Source: Glaucostegus cemiculus
Lineage: Eukaryota
Direction: 5' to 3'
NCBI GenBank assembly: GCA_976551045.1
Contig: CDPCPM010000010.1
Location: 7,068,001-7,132,000, forward strand
DNA length: 64,000 bases
The notes beneath the pieces are model-generated. The model was not told the DNA's origin. It searched no databases and saw only the letters and a list, made by a program, of their open reading frames with translations. The translations under genes and the position numbers were made by a program. Shown in pieces: positions 12,221 to 25,097 of this stretch (positions are counted from its first letter, which is position 1; every line of letters begins with the position of its first letter).

Positions 12221-13991
12221 AAATGATTTTTTAAAAATGTGATTTAAAAAAATCAACATCAGTTATTACCTTGAGGAATGAGCCACAACAGTTATAATAG
12301 TTAACTTTCTATGTCAACAATGACAACCATGGTGATCGAGACTTATTATAGCAGTAAAACGATAGAACTGGCAGAACTTAATTTTAAGTTTTTAACTACC
12401 AGACAAATACAGTTGCTTTATATCATTCAATACATTTCATTAGCATTTAGTGCTTCCATTTTAAGTGAGTGGTGAAGCAGCACAATTTGGAAAACCAGTT
12501 TATGATGTTTGCTTTTAACGATGCATCTACCTGCTTTCTGACACATCAATCTACACAGACATTTTGACAGCAAATTCAAGCTATTTATATTTTACTACAT
12601 GTTTTTATAATCTTGGCCAGTTACCAGTGATTGCAGATTAAATGATTTCTAATGGACTAAATAATACAGTACAACACTGCCACCTATGCTTCATTCAAGG
12701 TGCTCATCTACAACCTTCCATCTCTCTGAGCTCTGGGCATCCTACAGCCAATGCAGCTGAACACTTGCAGAGCAGACTGATCCCTTAAGTTGAATTAATA
12801 GTGATGACTTCTTCTTTTGGATGGCCAGCAGATGAAAATTATGTGATTTACACATTTACCACATCAATGAGAATTATCATGCTATCAAGAGAGCTATTGG
12901 CTGCCTCAGTTACTACTTTGGTGAAATAGAATTAATTTCAATCAATATTTAATTCCATAGAATATAACCCAATAATTCAAAAGCTAATTTTATGTCAAAC
13001 TTATTCAATTAAGAACTAAGATGAAAAGCAAGTAGGAAATCATCTATAAACAACCCAAGTATTAAGGGAATATGTGAACTGGGCAGGATCATGGGACATG
13101 CTCAAGGGCTGTTTATGGGCTATAACTGCTCCTCTTTCTTTGTGCTTATGATAGATAATTTAGTCTGAGACAAAGGACCCAAATCAGTCAATGCAAAATG
13201 AAAATTGTACCTTCTCAAATCAGTGCCACACTCGTTAAATTGCAATCTTTCTGTCTTAATTGCTTTCTACAGGAAAATTGTCAACTTAATCTCCTTGTCT
13301 TTAATAAATTTACGTGGTAAATTTGTCTTGAATAACTTTTCATACTGCACGGCAAAGCTTAGATTCCTCTGTTTGATGTGTTGGATTTCTGCTAAGTTGT
13401 GTTTTTTCCCCAAAGTATGTTCTCAGTTCTTATCAATATTCTAAACCACGCCAATCTGCCTACACTCTCCCTTCACAAGCTCTGCTTCACAAAGGGAGCA
13501 ATGATTAAACTGCCTCATCTGCAGGTACATTATGCAAATGGAATAAATGAGTAGTTCAACATAAAGGAGGTATTGTTTCAAAATATTTTATGCCATTAGT
13601 TTCTTCTTTTCATTTATCTGTTATCTTAGGCTATGATGCCCCTGGCTATTTTTCCTTGCCTTGTGCTTCCCCGGAATAGCAATGAGCCAGATTTTTCCTT
13701 TTATTCCTTAGTTTTGTGGTACCAGCTCATCAAAGTTTTACTTGGTAAAGCTCAATGTTTTATTTAGTGTTAACTAAGATGTCTGTGCATATCACAGATT
13801 GAAAGGCACACTTATCAAAATGTACTCTGAAGGGAAATAGAAAAATACCTTAGATTAAGCCTCAAATAACACTACACATCCAAATGGTAACTTGGTCGTA
13901 TTGTACACTCAAAGACTAATATATTTACTTTTCATATTTTCTTACAACATTGGGAAGAGGCTATTGACTCCATTGGGCCTAGGTCAGTTTA

Positions 13992-14352
13992 AAACCATAG
14001 AACAATACAGCACGAAACAGGCCCTTCGGCCCACCAAGTTGTGCTGTCCATCAAACTTCACATGATCTAATTCTTTACTCCCACATATCCCTCTATTCCA
14101 CATTCCCCCATGTTCCTATCCAACAATCTCTTGAACCTGTCCAACGTATCTACCTCTACCACCACCCCAGGCAGTGCATTCCATGCGCCAACCACTCTCT
14201 GGGTGAAAAACTTCCCTCTGACATCTCCCCTGAACTTTCCACCCAATATCTTAAAGCCATGCCCTCTCGTCTTGAGCATCTGTGCTCTGGGAAAGAGGCA
14301 CTGGCTGTCAACTCTATCTATTCCTCTCAATATCTTATACACCTCTATCAAG
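13992..14352 (-). mobile_element. 5'-truncated CR1 LINE (subfamily B) inserted into an older V-SINE
   Basis: ORF 14067-14408 LIEVYKILRGIDRVDSQ...TRGHGFK...FFTQRVVGAWNALP; flanked by AGTTTA at 13986-13991 and 14351-14356. Confidence 0.9.
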
Positions 14353-14655
14353 TTTACAGAGCAATTCCATTCCCCAACAAATTTTTCCCTGTGCCCTATT
14401 TTGCCCATATTCCTATTAATTTTTCTTAGATCTTGCCGCTTATCTACACACTAGGGGCAATTCAGAGTGGTCAATTATCCTACCAACACACACATGTTTG
14501 GGATGTGGGAGGCAACTGGAACATGTAGAGGAAACCCAAGTGGTCAGAGGGGGAATGTGAAACGCCACACAGACAGCACTGAAGGTCAGGACTGAGCAGA
14601 GGTTGGGGATTGAGGCAGCAGCTCTACTTAGCTGCACGATTGTACGGCGCACTGG
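14353..14655 (-). mobile_element. Older V-domain SINE
   Basis: Reverse V-domain (TTTGGGATGTGGGAGG.AACTGGA...GAGGAAACCCA...CCACACAGACAGCAC) and a decayed tRNA head. Confidence 0.7.
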
Positions 14656-15199
14656 GGGTGTTTAAATGGCAACAGATCCTGCCATGTTAAGAAAAGGTCA
14701 TCATTATGTTCTTTGGCTGGTAAGGAATGAATTTCAATCAGGTAATCAAAAAATGGAAGCAAAGACAAGTACATTTGTATATATTTTAAGCACTTTTAAT
14801 GGAAAATTACCTAATTCAAATTATCTGTTATTTGGAAATTAGGCCATTACTCCTGCGTTATTTTATTTAAATTGTTTATTTGAAAAACATCATGTTCAAA
14901 AATAACCAATTAGAAATTTGTGTGGTTGCAGGACAAAATGCATTATATATTATCACAATTTGCCTCTGAACTTTAACCTAGGAAAATGAATTGATGCTAC
15001 TCTACAGTCTGTCAGTCCTAACAACTGGGGAATTTAAGCCAATAATATTTTAAAACCATATCAAAGGCTGTGTTCACAACTTACTCTACCCCCAGACTAG
15101 ATACATGGAAGAAGAAGAATTTATTTTTATTAGGATTCTTGTAATTTAGTGAATTGTGATCATTAAGAACTAAACTAACCATCAACTTGAAGCAAAGTT

Positions 15200-16205
15200 G
15201 ACACAATTTAGTGGAAGAAGTCCTGTTTGATCAATTTATTGGAGCCCTTGGAGAAGTAACGTGGGCTGTGGATGAAGGGAAGCTGGAAGATGTACTACAC
15301 TTAGATTTCCAGAAGGTATTTGATAAGCTACCATGTGAAAGGTTATTGCAGAAAAGTTTTGTGGTATAGGGAGTGTAGATAGAAGATGAGTTCTTTTCTG
15401 GTTGGCAAGATGTTAGCAGTGGTGTGCCACAAGGATTAGTGCTGGGCCCCCACCTTTTAACAACTTATGTAAATGGCAATGGATAAAGGAATCAAGGACA
15501 TGGCTGTCAAATTTTCTGATGGAACAAAAATGTGCAAGAATGCCCAAAAGCAGTGAAGAGGATACAAGACTACCAAGCTTGTAGTTTATGGGCGGCACGC
15601 TAGCGTAGCGGTTAGCGCGACGCTGTTACGGCGCCAGCGATCAGGGTTCGATTCCCGTCACTGACTGTAAGGAGTTTGTACGTTCTCCCATGTCTGTGTG
15701 GGTTTCCTCCGGGTGCTCCGGTTTCCTCCTACATTTGAAAAGACGTACGGGTAGGTTAATTTGGGGATTAAAATGGGCGGCGTGGACTCGTTGGGCCGAA
15801 AGGGCCTGTTACCACGCTGTAAATAAAAAAAAAAATGTAATTTAAAGCTTAAGTGAAAATGGCCAAAGATTTAACCAGTAGAGTATAACATGGGGAAGAT
15901 GTGAAATTTTCCACCTTGGCAGGTTAAAGAAAGAGAAACATATCATTTGAATTAAATAATGTGGAACACTGAGATGCAAAGGGATTGGGATGTCCAACAG
16001 CATGATTCTCAAAAGCCTAGCATACAGGCATAGCAAGTAATTAAGAAAGGTAGCAGAATGTTATCATTTATTGCTTGGAGAATTCAACACAACAGTGGGA
16101 GGCTGTGCTTCAGTTATACAGGTCATTAGTGAGATCATCTGGAGTACTGTGTGCAATACTGGTCTCCTAGATGGATGTTAAAATGTTAGAAGCAGTTCAG
16201 AGAGT
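15200..16205 (+). mobile_element. Decayed CR1 RT-region fragment interrupted by a SINE
   Basis: LDFQKVFDK, SGVPQGLVLGP and KFSDGTK (FADDTK-like) motifs with frameshifts. Confidence 0.75.
15590..15835 (+). mobile_element. Young V-domain SINE (HE1-like)
   Basis: Intact A box TAGCGTAGCGG and B box GGTTCGATTCCC, CpGs retained, A tail; near-TSD TGTAGTTTA (15580-15588) / TGTAATTTA (15836-15844). Confidence 0.92.
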
Positions 16206-17085
16206 TTTTTTAAAATGCTTATTTCCAGAATCTGGGTGCTTGCGGCCTATTCCAAAATGCCATTAAAAAGCTAGGAATGAGCTGCCTTTTGAAGTGCTGC
16301 AATTCTTTTGGTTAAGGTAACTCACTATTGAAGTGGGCGTTCCAGAATGTAGACCCAGTATTAGGCAATATATTTCCAAGCCATAACTTGGAGTGAAGGA
16401 ACCTGCAGGAGGTGCTGTCCTGGCCCTTCTGTGTGGTAGAGGTTGCGGATTTGTGTGGTGGAGTCATGGTGCATTTTGTAGATAGTACACATTGCAGCTA
16501 CTGAATGCCATTGGTGGAGGAGATGAATGTTTAGGGTGCTTGATGGATTGCCAATCAAATTAGCTGTGTTGTCCTGGAGATGGTCAAGTTTCTTGAGAGT
16601 TGTTGGCATTGCATTCATCCAGGCAAGTGGAGATTATTTCATCATGGTCCAGGGGTGAGCCTCTTAGACAGTGGATAGGATCTGGGGTGTCAGGAGATGA
16701 TTTGTGCAGCACAGTCTCTGTTATCATGGTCCTAATGTAGCTGGTCCTGATCTTGAAAATATTCAGAGATTTTCCTTCTATCCTAAGGTCAGAAGATATT
16801 TACTGGTGACTGTACAATGTTCAATTCCAGTTGCAAATGTAGTTGAGTTGCTGATCCTTCTGGATATTTATGGTGGGGGATTCACTGATGGGAATGCCGT
16901 TAATTGTCTCTTGTTGGAGGTGGTCCAACACATATGTGGCATGGATGTTACTTGCTGCTCTTCAGCCCATGGCTGAATGTGCCTTGGTCTTGCAGCCTGC
17001 AGGATGCACTGTTTCATTTGCTGAAGATTTGCAACTGGAATTGAACATTGTACAGTCACCAGCAAATATCTTCACTTCTGACCTT
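16205..17085 (-). mobile_element. Decayed CR1/L2-group LINE of a second clade (RT C-terminus)
   Basis: Minus ORFs: EVKIFAGDCTMFNS (FADD-like) and PTTLKKLDHLQD..A.LIG.PS..LNIH.LH...VAAMC.IYKMH. Related copies at 39580-40250, 44725-45090 and 59475-60330. Confidence 0.75.
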
Positions 17086-17959
17086 GGGATGGAAGGAGGA
17101 CCTCTGAATATTTTCAAGAAAAAGTCAGCTAGGTTCTTGATGAGCAAAAGAGTTGAAAGGTGATCGCAGGTAGACATTACTGAGCTTACAGTCAGATTAG
17201 CCATGATCTTATTAAATAGTGGAGCAAGCTTGAGGGGATTTACTTCTGCTCCAGGTGTGTATATTTGTAAATTCATAAGCAACTCACAATTTCAGACATC
17301 TAAACCTTTGGGTGGGGGGGGGGGAGGGGGAAATCTTTATCAGGTAAATTCTGTAACTTCACATTCCTATGTGTGATGTAAACAAGAACAGAAATCCAAC
17401 AAGGGGTAAAAAATTGAAAAGAATTGCTTTCTCAACCCACACACTACTTCAGTGATGCTTCTCACCGGTATGTGGTATTGAATAATTTACTGTTGCATGT
17501 ACATCTTTGTGGCTTCTTCTTACATTACTCACTGACAATTGTGAGCTTGTGCCCACACTGGAGCATAAGCATGTAGTGTTTTTTTTTTCCTTAGTCATTC
17601 AGAGGTAAGTGTTTATTTTTCTGATGTTGCCTCATTTGAGTAGTTAATTCCAGCGCCATTCCAGCTGTAGTTCAGAATTATCTCTGCTTGAAGTACTTGG
17701 ATATCATCAGGTTACTTCCTCCCTTCCCCATTGCACTCTCATTTCCCACATTGCTTTCAAGCGACACATAATACCAAGTTGTCTAGTTGGCCATCTATTT
17801 CATTTTGCTTTGTAAAAATGCTACTGGACTTCAAATTTATTGCATGAAAGTGTTTATATAAATAAATACTGTAAGTTTTCATGTTATTCTTGCCGGGAGA
17901 AACAAATCAATGTTCCAAGAGTTAGACTGTGTGGAGTGATTACAAAAATTAGGCCTTCA

Positions 17960-18260
17960 TTCTTTGAAACAGCAAAGGCTAGCAGATGGTTCAAAAGTTC
18001 GGAAAACCTTCAAAGAGATGTGGAGGATAAGGAAAGAGAAATATATTCTGGTTGTAGGGTGGTTCGGAACAAGAGGACATAACCTTTAAACTAGAGCCAG
18101 GGCATCAGGAAAAGGAACATAACGTCACACAGTGGATGATTGGAGTGTGGCATTCTGTTCTACAGGAAGGCATATATGTATGCTTGGTCTGCTAATAATT
18201 GTAAATCTAGGATTGAAAGTCTTTATTAAACCAATGTTATAAAAGAATATGGAATGTGCA
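17960..18260 (+). mobile_element. Highly decayed CR1 3' fragment
   Basis: ACAAGAGGACATAACC (TRGH) and CACACAG...TGGAGTGTGG blocks. Confidence 0.5.
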
Positions 18261-19149
18261 TAGCCATTTTATCAGCATTTGCTTTAAAACTGTTGAATGA
18301 AATCAAATTTATTTTAATTTTCCCTTCTGCAATGTAATTGACCATTCTATTTAAACAAAGACATTAATTGTCTTGTGTAAAGCTTGTGTAATTTCGATTA
18401 TTTCTCAGCAACATATTCCTTAGCTTAATTTTAGTTATCCAGAAGAGCTTAAGTTCATGGCCAGTGGCATAATATATCATGTCCTAAAAGTCACTTGTGC
18501 AAGGACTTAAACTAACAAACAAAGGTGTGGACAAAGATTTCCTTAGCTTTCTATTAGAATGTGCAATAGCTATACATCTGGATGATAATGAGTTTTAAAA
18601 AGACAGCAATTCAATGCTCCTTGGCAATAGCACTAGTATTTTTCTGAGATGTTTTTGAAGAATTGCACATTATTTACATGGAGAATTGTTCCAACAACAA
18701 TCACTGCTGCAGAGAATGGGTGAGGCAGAGTATGTTGCAACTTTGAATGCAAAAATGCTGTGAAATATTTGAAGCAGAGGAACATATAAGCCTGCGGCGT
18801 GAGGAGCAGAGTTTTTAATTGCTCTGGCAGAGCATGGATATAATAGGCTAAATAGCCTCTTTTTGTGCTGGAAATATTTATGGTCCTAACTTACATAACG
18901 GTACCTGACTGAATCTGTATTTCATTACTATTTAATAGTTTGGAACAAACCCCATGCTGATGTACCAGAAATATTTTGTTTGTCACTTTTCATTCTGTGT
19001 ATAATAAGGACAAAAATGTACTGCTCTTCTGGTGCTCTAACCACAGAGGGACAATGGCTGGGCTAGGCGAAGTGATAAATAATGCAAATCCCAGACTTTT
19101 GTATTAAGTTTCAGTGTGGCTTTGCCCAGCACTACCCACTGATGGGTCA

Positions 19150-19442
19150 CTACCTCAACTAAACCAGGTTCAATTCTGACTTCCAGTGCCGTCAGTGTGG
19201 TGTTTGTATGTTCTTCCTGTGACCACATGGGTCTCCAGGTGTTCTGGTTTCCTCCCGCAATCCAAAGACATACAAATTGGTAGATTAATTAGCCACAATA
19301 AGATGTGGGTACGTGGGTGGTAGAATCAAAGGAAGGATGAGGGGAACATAGGAAGAATAAAATGGAATTTGTGCAAATGGGTGCTTGATGGTTAGTACCA
19401 AGGTGGGTTGGTGGGCCTGTTTCTGCACTGAATGACTCTTGA
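19150..19442 (+). mobile_element. Older V-domain SINE
   Basis: B box GGTTCAATTC, V-domain core, tail TGGGCCTGTTTCTG. Confidence 0.7.
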
Positions 19443-19799
19443 CTGCCAGGCCAATGACGGGGGAGAGTGGAAAAGCTTGCTCAGGCCTCCCTTAATGGTA
19501 TCGGGCTTCAGACTGTGCAATTTATATGGGGTGAGTGACACCTGAGATGCACTCCTAATGATGGTGATTTTGATTGCAAAGCTATAAATTGAGTGACCTT
19601 GCACTTCAGCAATATTCAATGGTGAAGGTCACTGCTTGGCATGACTTTGAAATTATCACATCAAGGAGTTTCATCCTCAGTAATTTCATTAGTGATTGTT
19701 AAGATTATTGGGTTTTTAAAGTCTATATTTCAGCATATCTTTAAATATTGTTTCTTATTAGGAGGTATCAGCAGAAACTTCTAAAATTCTAATCACTGA

Positions 19800-20640
19800 A
19801 GGATTAGACAATATAGATGAGACCATTCAACATCTATGCCAGTCAAAAAGTAGATCAGTAACCTTACAAATGCCAGGTCTTTAAGTACACATCCAGTTAC
19901 CACATTTTCAGGCAGTCAGCTTCACACCCTTACAGTCCTCTGGGTGAAACAGTTTTCCACTCTAATCCTTTTGTGAATTATTCTAAATACTTGCCCTACT
20001 TGCTCCAGTGTAATCACATCTTTCCTATAATGAGGTGTCCAGAACTCTAAGCAGTACTGAACTGCAGTGAAAATTGTGCTATATATAGTTCTAGAATAAG
20101 CTCTCTGCTCTCATAGTCTTGGCTAATAATATTCTATCTCATAGGCCAATAAGGAAGTTAGTATGGCAAATCTTGTTACTTTTAAAGATCTGTGCATATA
20201 CAATCCAAGTCCTTCCGTCCTTCCATGCCACCGAATTTCTTCACATTTATTGTGTATTCCCTCACCTTTTGCAACTCCACAAATGCATTACTGCACACCT
20301 CAGAAGTGACTGCCATTTATCACTTCTCTGTCCAACTCACCAGACCATCTGAGCTTCTCTCCTCATGGTCAGCTACGTGATCATTTTTTGTTCAATCTGA
20401 AAAGTTCTTTATCGTGCCTTCTATATTCAAATATAAATCATATGTATGACAAAAAAGCAAGGTCCTTGCTGACTGTCCCTGATTAGTCTGTGCCGTTCTA
20501 AATGAAGGTTTGTCCTAATTCTCTGAATTAATTCCAACAATTTGTTCATCACCAGTGTTAAATTATTCACTATCCTTTATTCTCTTTTAAATGTTGTTAG
20601 CAGCTCTCCAGTCCTCTGACACTACTCCTGTGGCCAGGGA
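19800..20640 (-). mobile_element. Old, fragmented CR1 LINE
   Basis: Reverse CR1 blocks (CCTCTGGGTGAAA, CCAGAACT..AAGCAGTACT, CTCCAGTCCTCTG.CAC). Confidence 0.55.
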
Positions 20641-21294
20641 AGATTGAAATATGATGTAATTTTCTCTTTTGCCTTTTTTAAAGCCAAGTTTTAGGGTTTG
20701 AAAAAAGATGGGAATTAATAATTGTTAGATATTAGACAAGACAGGAAACTTCGGTAAATAACAACAGAATTAAACTTTGTCAGAAACTGGTTCACTAACT
20801 TTGCTTCTGATGCTATAATCATTAGTAAGCATCAGCTTGGAACAGTTGATTCCTGTTTTTTTTCTTATTTTGGGTGCACCAGTACAGTCACAGCTATTTA
20901 GTTGAAGGTTTGTGTTACAAAGATTCTTAATATAGATTTACTTTTAATTGCTACTGTTCGGCATTGTATAGGCAGTGCTTTAATCCTGCCTCTACCATTG
21001 TTTCAGCTGTTAATGTCATTATCATTGCTTTGAATGGACAACATTCAGTTAATCAGAATTTATAACTAAGATTTTGGATTTTTCATCCATGTCGACAACT
21101 TTTATGAGCATCCCCAATCCACAAGAGAAAATACCATTAAGGGTGTTATAAATTCTGAAATTGCAATTGTTGAGGATGAACATGGCATTTGGTTTTGTTG
21201 ATACTGGAAATAGAATTAAAACTATTCCCTGCCACATTAAGCTTCAGCTTTGAGATTTAGTTGATGTTAATATGGATCAATAAAATATGGAACA

Positions 21295-21660
21295 CCATTG
21301 ACATTGTAAAGCATCCCAAGCTGCTCAGTACAAGTGCCTTTGATGTTTAACATGAGAGCAGTCCAGATGTACAGTCAAACGGTTGTATTTAAGGAGCATC
21401 TTAAAAGAGGTGCAAGTAGTGAGGCAGAGAAGTTCAGGGAGGGGATCCTAGAACTTAAAGCCTAGGCGGATGAAAGCACTGCCATCAATAGTGTAACACT
21501 TTCAAAGGGTCAGGATCGAAGGTTCACTGAGTTTGTGGAGGGTTGTATGGATTTTAGAGATGGGTGCAAAGAAACAAAACAATTAAAAGACTTTGCTAAA
21601 CCAAGAGACAATAACCCCAACAAACACAGGCTGACTGGGAATTAGGATACAGTGAGTCCA
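21295..21660 (-). mobile_element. L2-clade LINE 3' fragment
   Basis: TTAAGGAGCATCTTAAA...CAGGGAGGGGATCCTAGAACTTAAAGCCTAGGCGGATGAAAGCACTGCCA resembles the reverse of the vertebrate L2 AF...AP.LWNSLP region. Confidence 0.55.
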
Positions 21661-24600
21661 CAGAGCAAAGGTTTCACATTTCAATAGTCTGATGAATAAG
21701 TACATTTTCTTCTGTGGGTCAGCGCTCTCACAAGATACCACAGTGTCTGAATCTTAGGATATCATGCAGTTTCATCTATCCATATTAGTCGATGCAAGAG
21801 GATGCGCTTTAAGTATCCAGAGATATTTTCTCTTGAGAATGTTGGATCACAGATTTACCCTGTGCACTTTGATCATTTGGATTAAGGCTTAATTCCAGCA
21901 AAAAAAAATGTTTAGATCTCATTCTCTAATGCCAAGTTACAAGCTGTAAATAACCCAGACTCAAATATAGAAAACTTTGCTGTTCAATAAAAATGAAGGA
22001 ACTGAGAAAAAGCCAGTCGAGCCAGCAGTTCAGCTCCATAAGAAGGATTTCTGTGTTCAGTATGGAAGTCAAAATCTTTATCTTAATATTAGCCAAGAAA
22101 GATGAAGAGCAAGAACACCTGCATGATTTGAATGAGAAGTTGTACTGTAAACCCTTAACTCTGAATTATGGAATAGAAGTACTTTGGTCATATGCTTATG
22201 ATGTATTGGAAAATTGTGCTAGATTTTCCAAGTGAGAAATATCTGCTTTTTGACTTTGCTGTTCAGGGAAACCATTATTATTATGGGCGGGCAGTTGGCT
22301 GAGGAGATACACCATTGGGCCTGATGGGATGTGTGAGGTTAGCTCTTCAACATTGTCCCCAAACCGACCACCTCACTTAAATTCTCACTTAAGAAGGATT
22401 GATGCTAGGCAGTAAAAAAAAAACATTTTTGGTGCAATCCTTAAAAATCTGATGCAGCTTAATGGAGCAAATGAGTGGAGCATTTGAAGTAAAATGTTGT
22501 TAAATTGGATTGTTACTCTTCCACTTCCACCTACCATAAAGAAATGAGTGGCATACATTTCTGAACTTCAGCAGAACGTAGACCAAGGTAGCAGGGAAGG
22601 TAGAGCTTTCAGCCAGTTTCCCCAAGAGGTTTACTCGTGCAATAGGAAGGACGCACTGCGTGACTGCAGGAAACAGCAACAGAACAGCCTAGAGAAGACC
22701 TATCCTCAGAATGTATTGTCATGAGAGGAACACCTAAGGTCCAAGAGGAACTTGCTTTACAATTGCAGACAACTACTTTGGATAATATTGGCTATTGATT
22801 AGCAAACATTAAAAAAACAGCTGCTTATAAACTAGGACCTACTGAATGCACAGCAATAATCAATAATATTGTAGATGATGGCTCTTTCCTTTGGATTGTG
22901 AATCAGCTGTGGTTTACAGTGATGTCTGATCGGCAAGGCACACAAAGCTTGAAGTAGGCTCTGCTTTCTCAGAGGCATTTCTTAAAAAGGTCCCACCTGG
23001 AGAATTCAGGTGCTAGGAAATGGGGGAAATTTATAGGAAAAGCAGCATAGATACGGATTGCATCTTGGAGAAGATTTCATGCATGACCTTTCTAAATATT
23101 TCTAGGTCAGCTAAAATTGCTAACTCCTCTGATTACTACTGTTCAGGTTGATGGGCTTTGTTCCCTGATGGGTTTTGTTCCCTGTAGACACGCCAGATTG
23201 TTTTTGCTCCTCCTCCAATTCTTCTTGGAGGCCAAAGCTGTGTATTGCACAGCAAGCTACCTTAATGTGCAAAATCCAATCAACAACATAACTCTCAGCG
23301 GTATTGCTCTGGATTGATCAGGACTCCTGAAATCACCTTTTATTAACAACATAACTGTTCTCTACTTGACCAATCAGTACCTGCAATTAACTTTTGGCTT
23401 TGTTCTGTCACAGGCAAACACTTATAATGTAAAGGGTTATAACACAAGCAAAAGAAACAAAAAAAAACTTTTAATATCAAATACTAATATTGCTAAGAAG
23501 AGCTGAATTGTCACAAGATAATAGGATTGTGACAGCTGGGTATTGACATTCAGGATTTATCGCTCTTTATTATATACCAGCTGTTCATCAATTGAATTTA
23601 ATCCCTTCCTCTTGCGGAAATTCATGGGGTTAATATATGAAGCCCATCTAATGCCATGGTGCATAGTTATCATTATAGCCTGAGGAAAATCAGGCTTTGA
23701 GATAAATCTTGCTGATGCCTGTTGGGATTTCTCCATAGCACGCTTGCCAGTGCTGTAGTATCTTGGGAATTATGTGCTTGTTGTGTTTCTTCTCCTTTTC
23801 ACTGAAGATGTGTAACATCTATGGAGAATATTGACTAATATCAAATATTATTCTGAAGGCCTGAAGCCTCCAAAATAAGTATAAAGTACAAAATAAATAA
23901 ATGTTGTAAAAATATATTTTAATGCCTTTATTTTGTTGCAAACCCTTTTTTAGGATGCTAAAGTTCAAATACCAGAAGCTAAGGTTCACATTTAGTTTTG
24001 AGTGATTCATTTTCCACCATTGGCAGATTTGCATTACTGCTCATGGTTATAGATTTATTGCTTTTTTTTTAAGATAACATGGATAACGAAACATGAGATG
24101 GTAGCTTCCTGTTCGCTTGGAGAAAATCAGATGACATAATTTTTTGTTCACTATGTTCTTATGTATTGGAATACAGAGGAGATTCCTCCCCTGGCGTGGC
24201 ACTTCTGCATTCTTTAATGGACACAAAGTCTAAAGTAAACACCATGACATATTAGTGTGTTTTTGCTCCTTAGCCTGCAGATTTAAGCCTTGTGGTTAAC
24301 TTTCTAAAAGGTGCAGATATTTTGCCTCCTGAGTTAAATAATTGCCTTTTAACATTTTGTTGCAGTCTGGTGGACAAGAGGCAGTATTATGATAAACTGG
24401 AAATCTATGCCAATGCTAAGAGGAAGGAATGGATGTAGAGCATTTTAACATCCAGGGTTTTGTCATGAATTAGTCTCACATTTTACGGTACATCTCGCTG
24501 TCTGAGGCCTGCCTTTGTTGTTAACGTATACTGCCATGGTACAGATTGAAGGGAGTGATTAAGGGAACTGTTTACCCTTCTGCTGTCTTCTGACTTGTAG

Positions 24601-24664
24601 GAAGTATGATCTCCCTAGTCTTAAGGATTCCCATTCAGTTTACAAAAACAAGAATACACGTCAC

Positions 24665-24793
24665 CTGTGGGGAAGGTTGAGGCATATGGACTAAAAGCAG
24701 GCAAATGGGACTAGCACAGAGGGACAACTTGGTTGGCATGGGCAAACTGGGACAAAGAGCTTGGTTCTGTGCTATATAACTCCATAACTCTAA
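24665..24793 (+). mobile_element. Short CR1 3' tail
   Basis: GCAGGCAAATGGGACTAG...GGCATGG..AA.TGGG...GTGCTATATAACTC. Confidence 0.55.
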
Positions 24794-25097
24794 GGAAGGT
24801 CTTAAAAGAGACATTTTTTTTCCTGTGTCAAAGCTTTAATTACTATGTACTAAAGCAACCCAATCAAGCTTTTATTGAATGAATGACATCCTTACTCAAG
24901 TGATTCCTAAGGAATAGGCTCTAAGAATGCAATTGTACTAAGCATACTTAGGGCATTTTAATTTCTTTCAGAAGGAACAACTCAGAGTAAAATAATTAAT
25001 TGGAGTAAATCCAATTTCAATGGGATTAAAGTGGATCCATCCCAGATTGGAATTAAAAGTGTAAAAGAACATGTAAAACTATAAAAGAACAATGGCA

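Noticed and set aside
15590-15665. tRNA-like sequence
   Set aside because: It is the SINE head: A and B boxes are present but there is no complete cloverleaf, and it runs straight into the V domain.
21993-22235. 80-aa ATG ORF in unique sequence
   Set aside because: No recognisable domain or splice context; length is within chance expectation.
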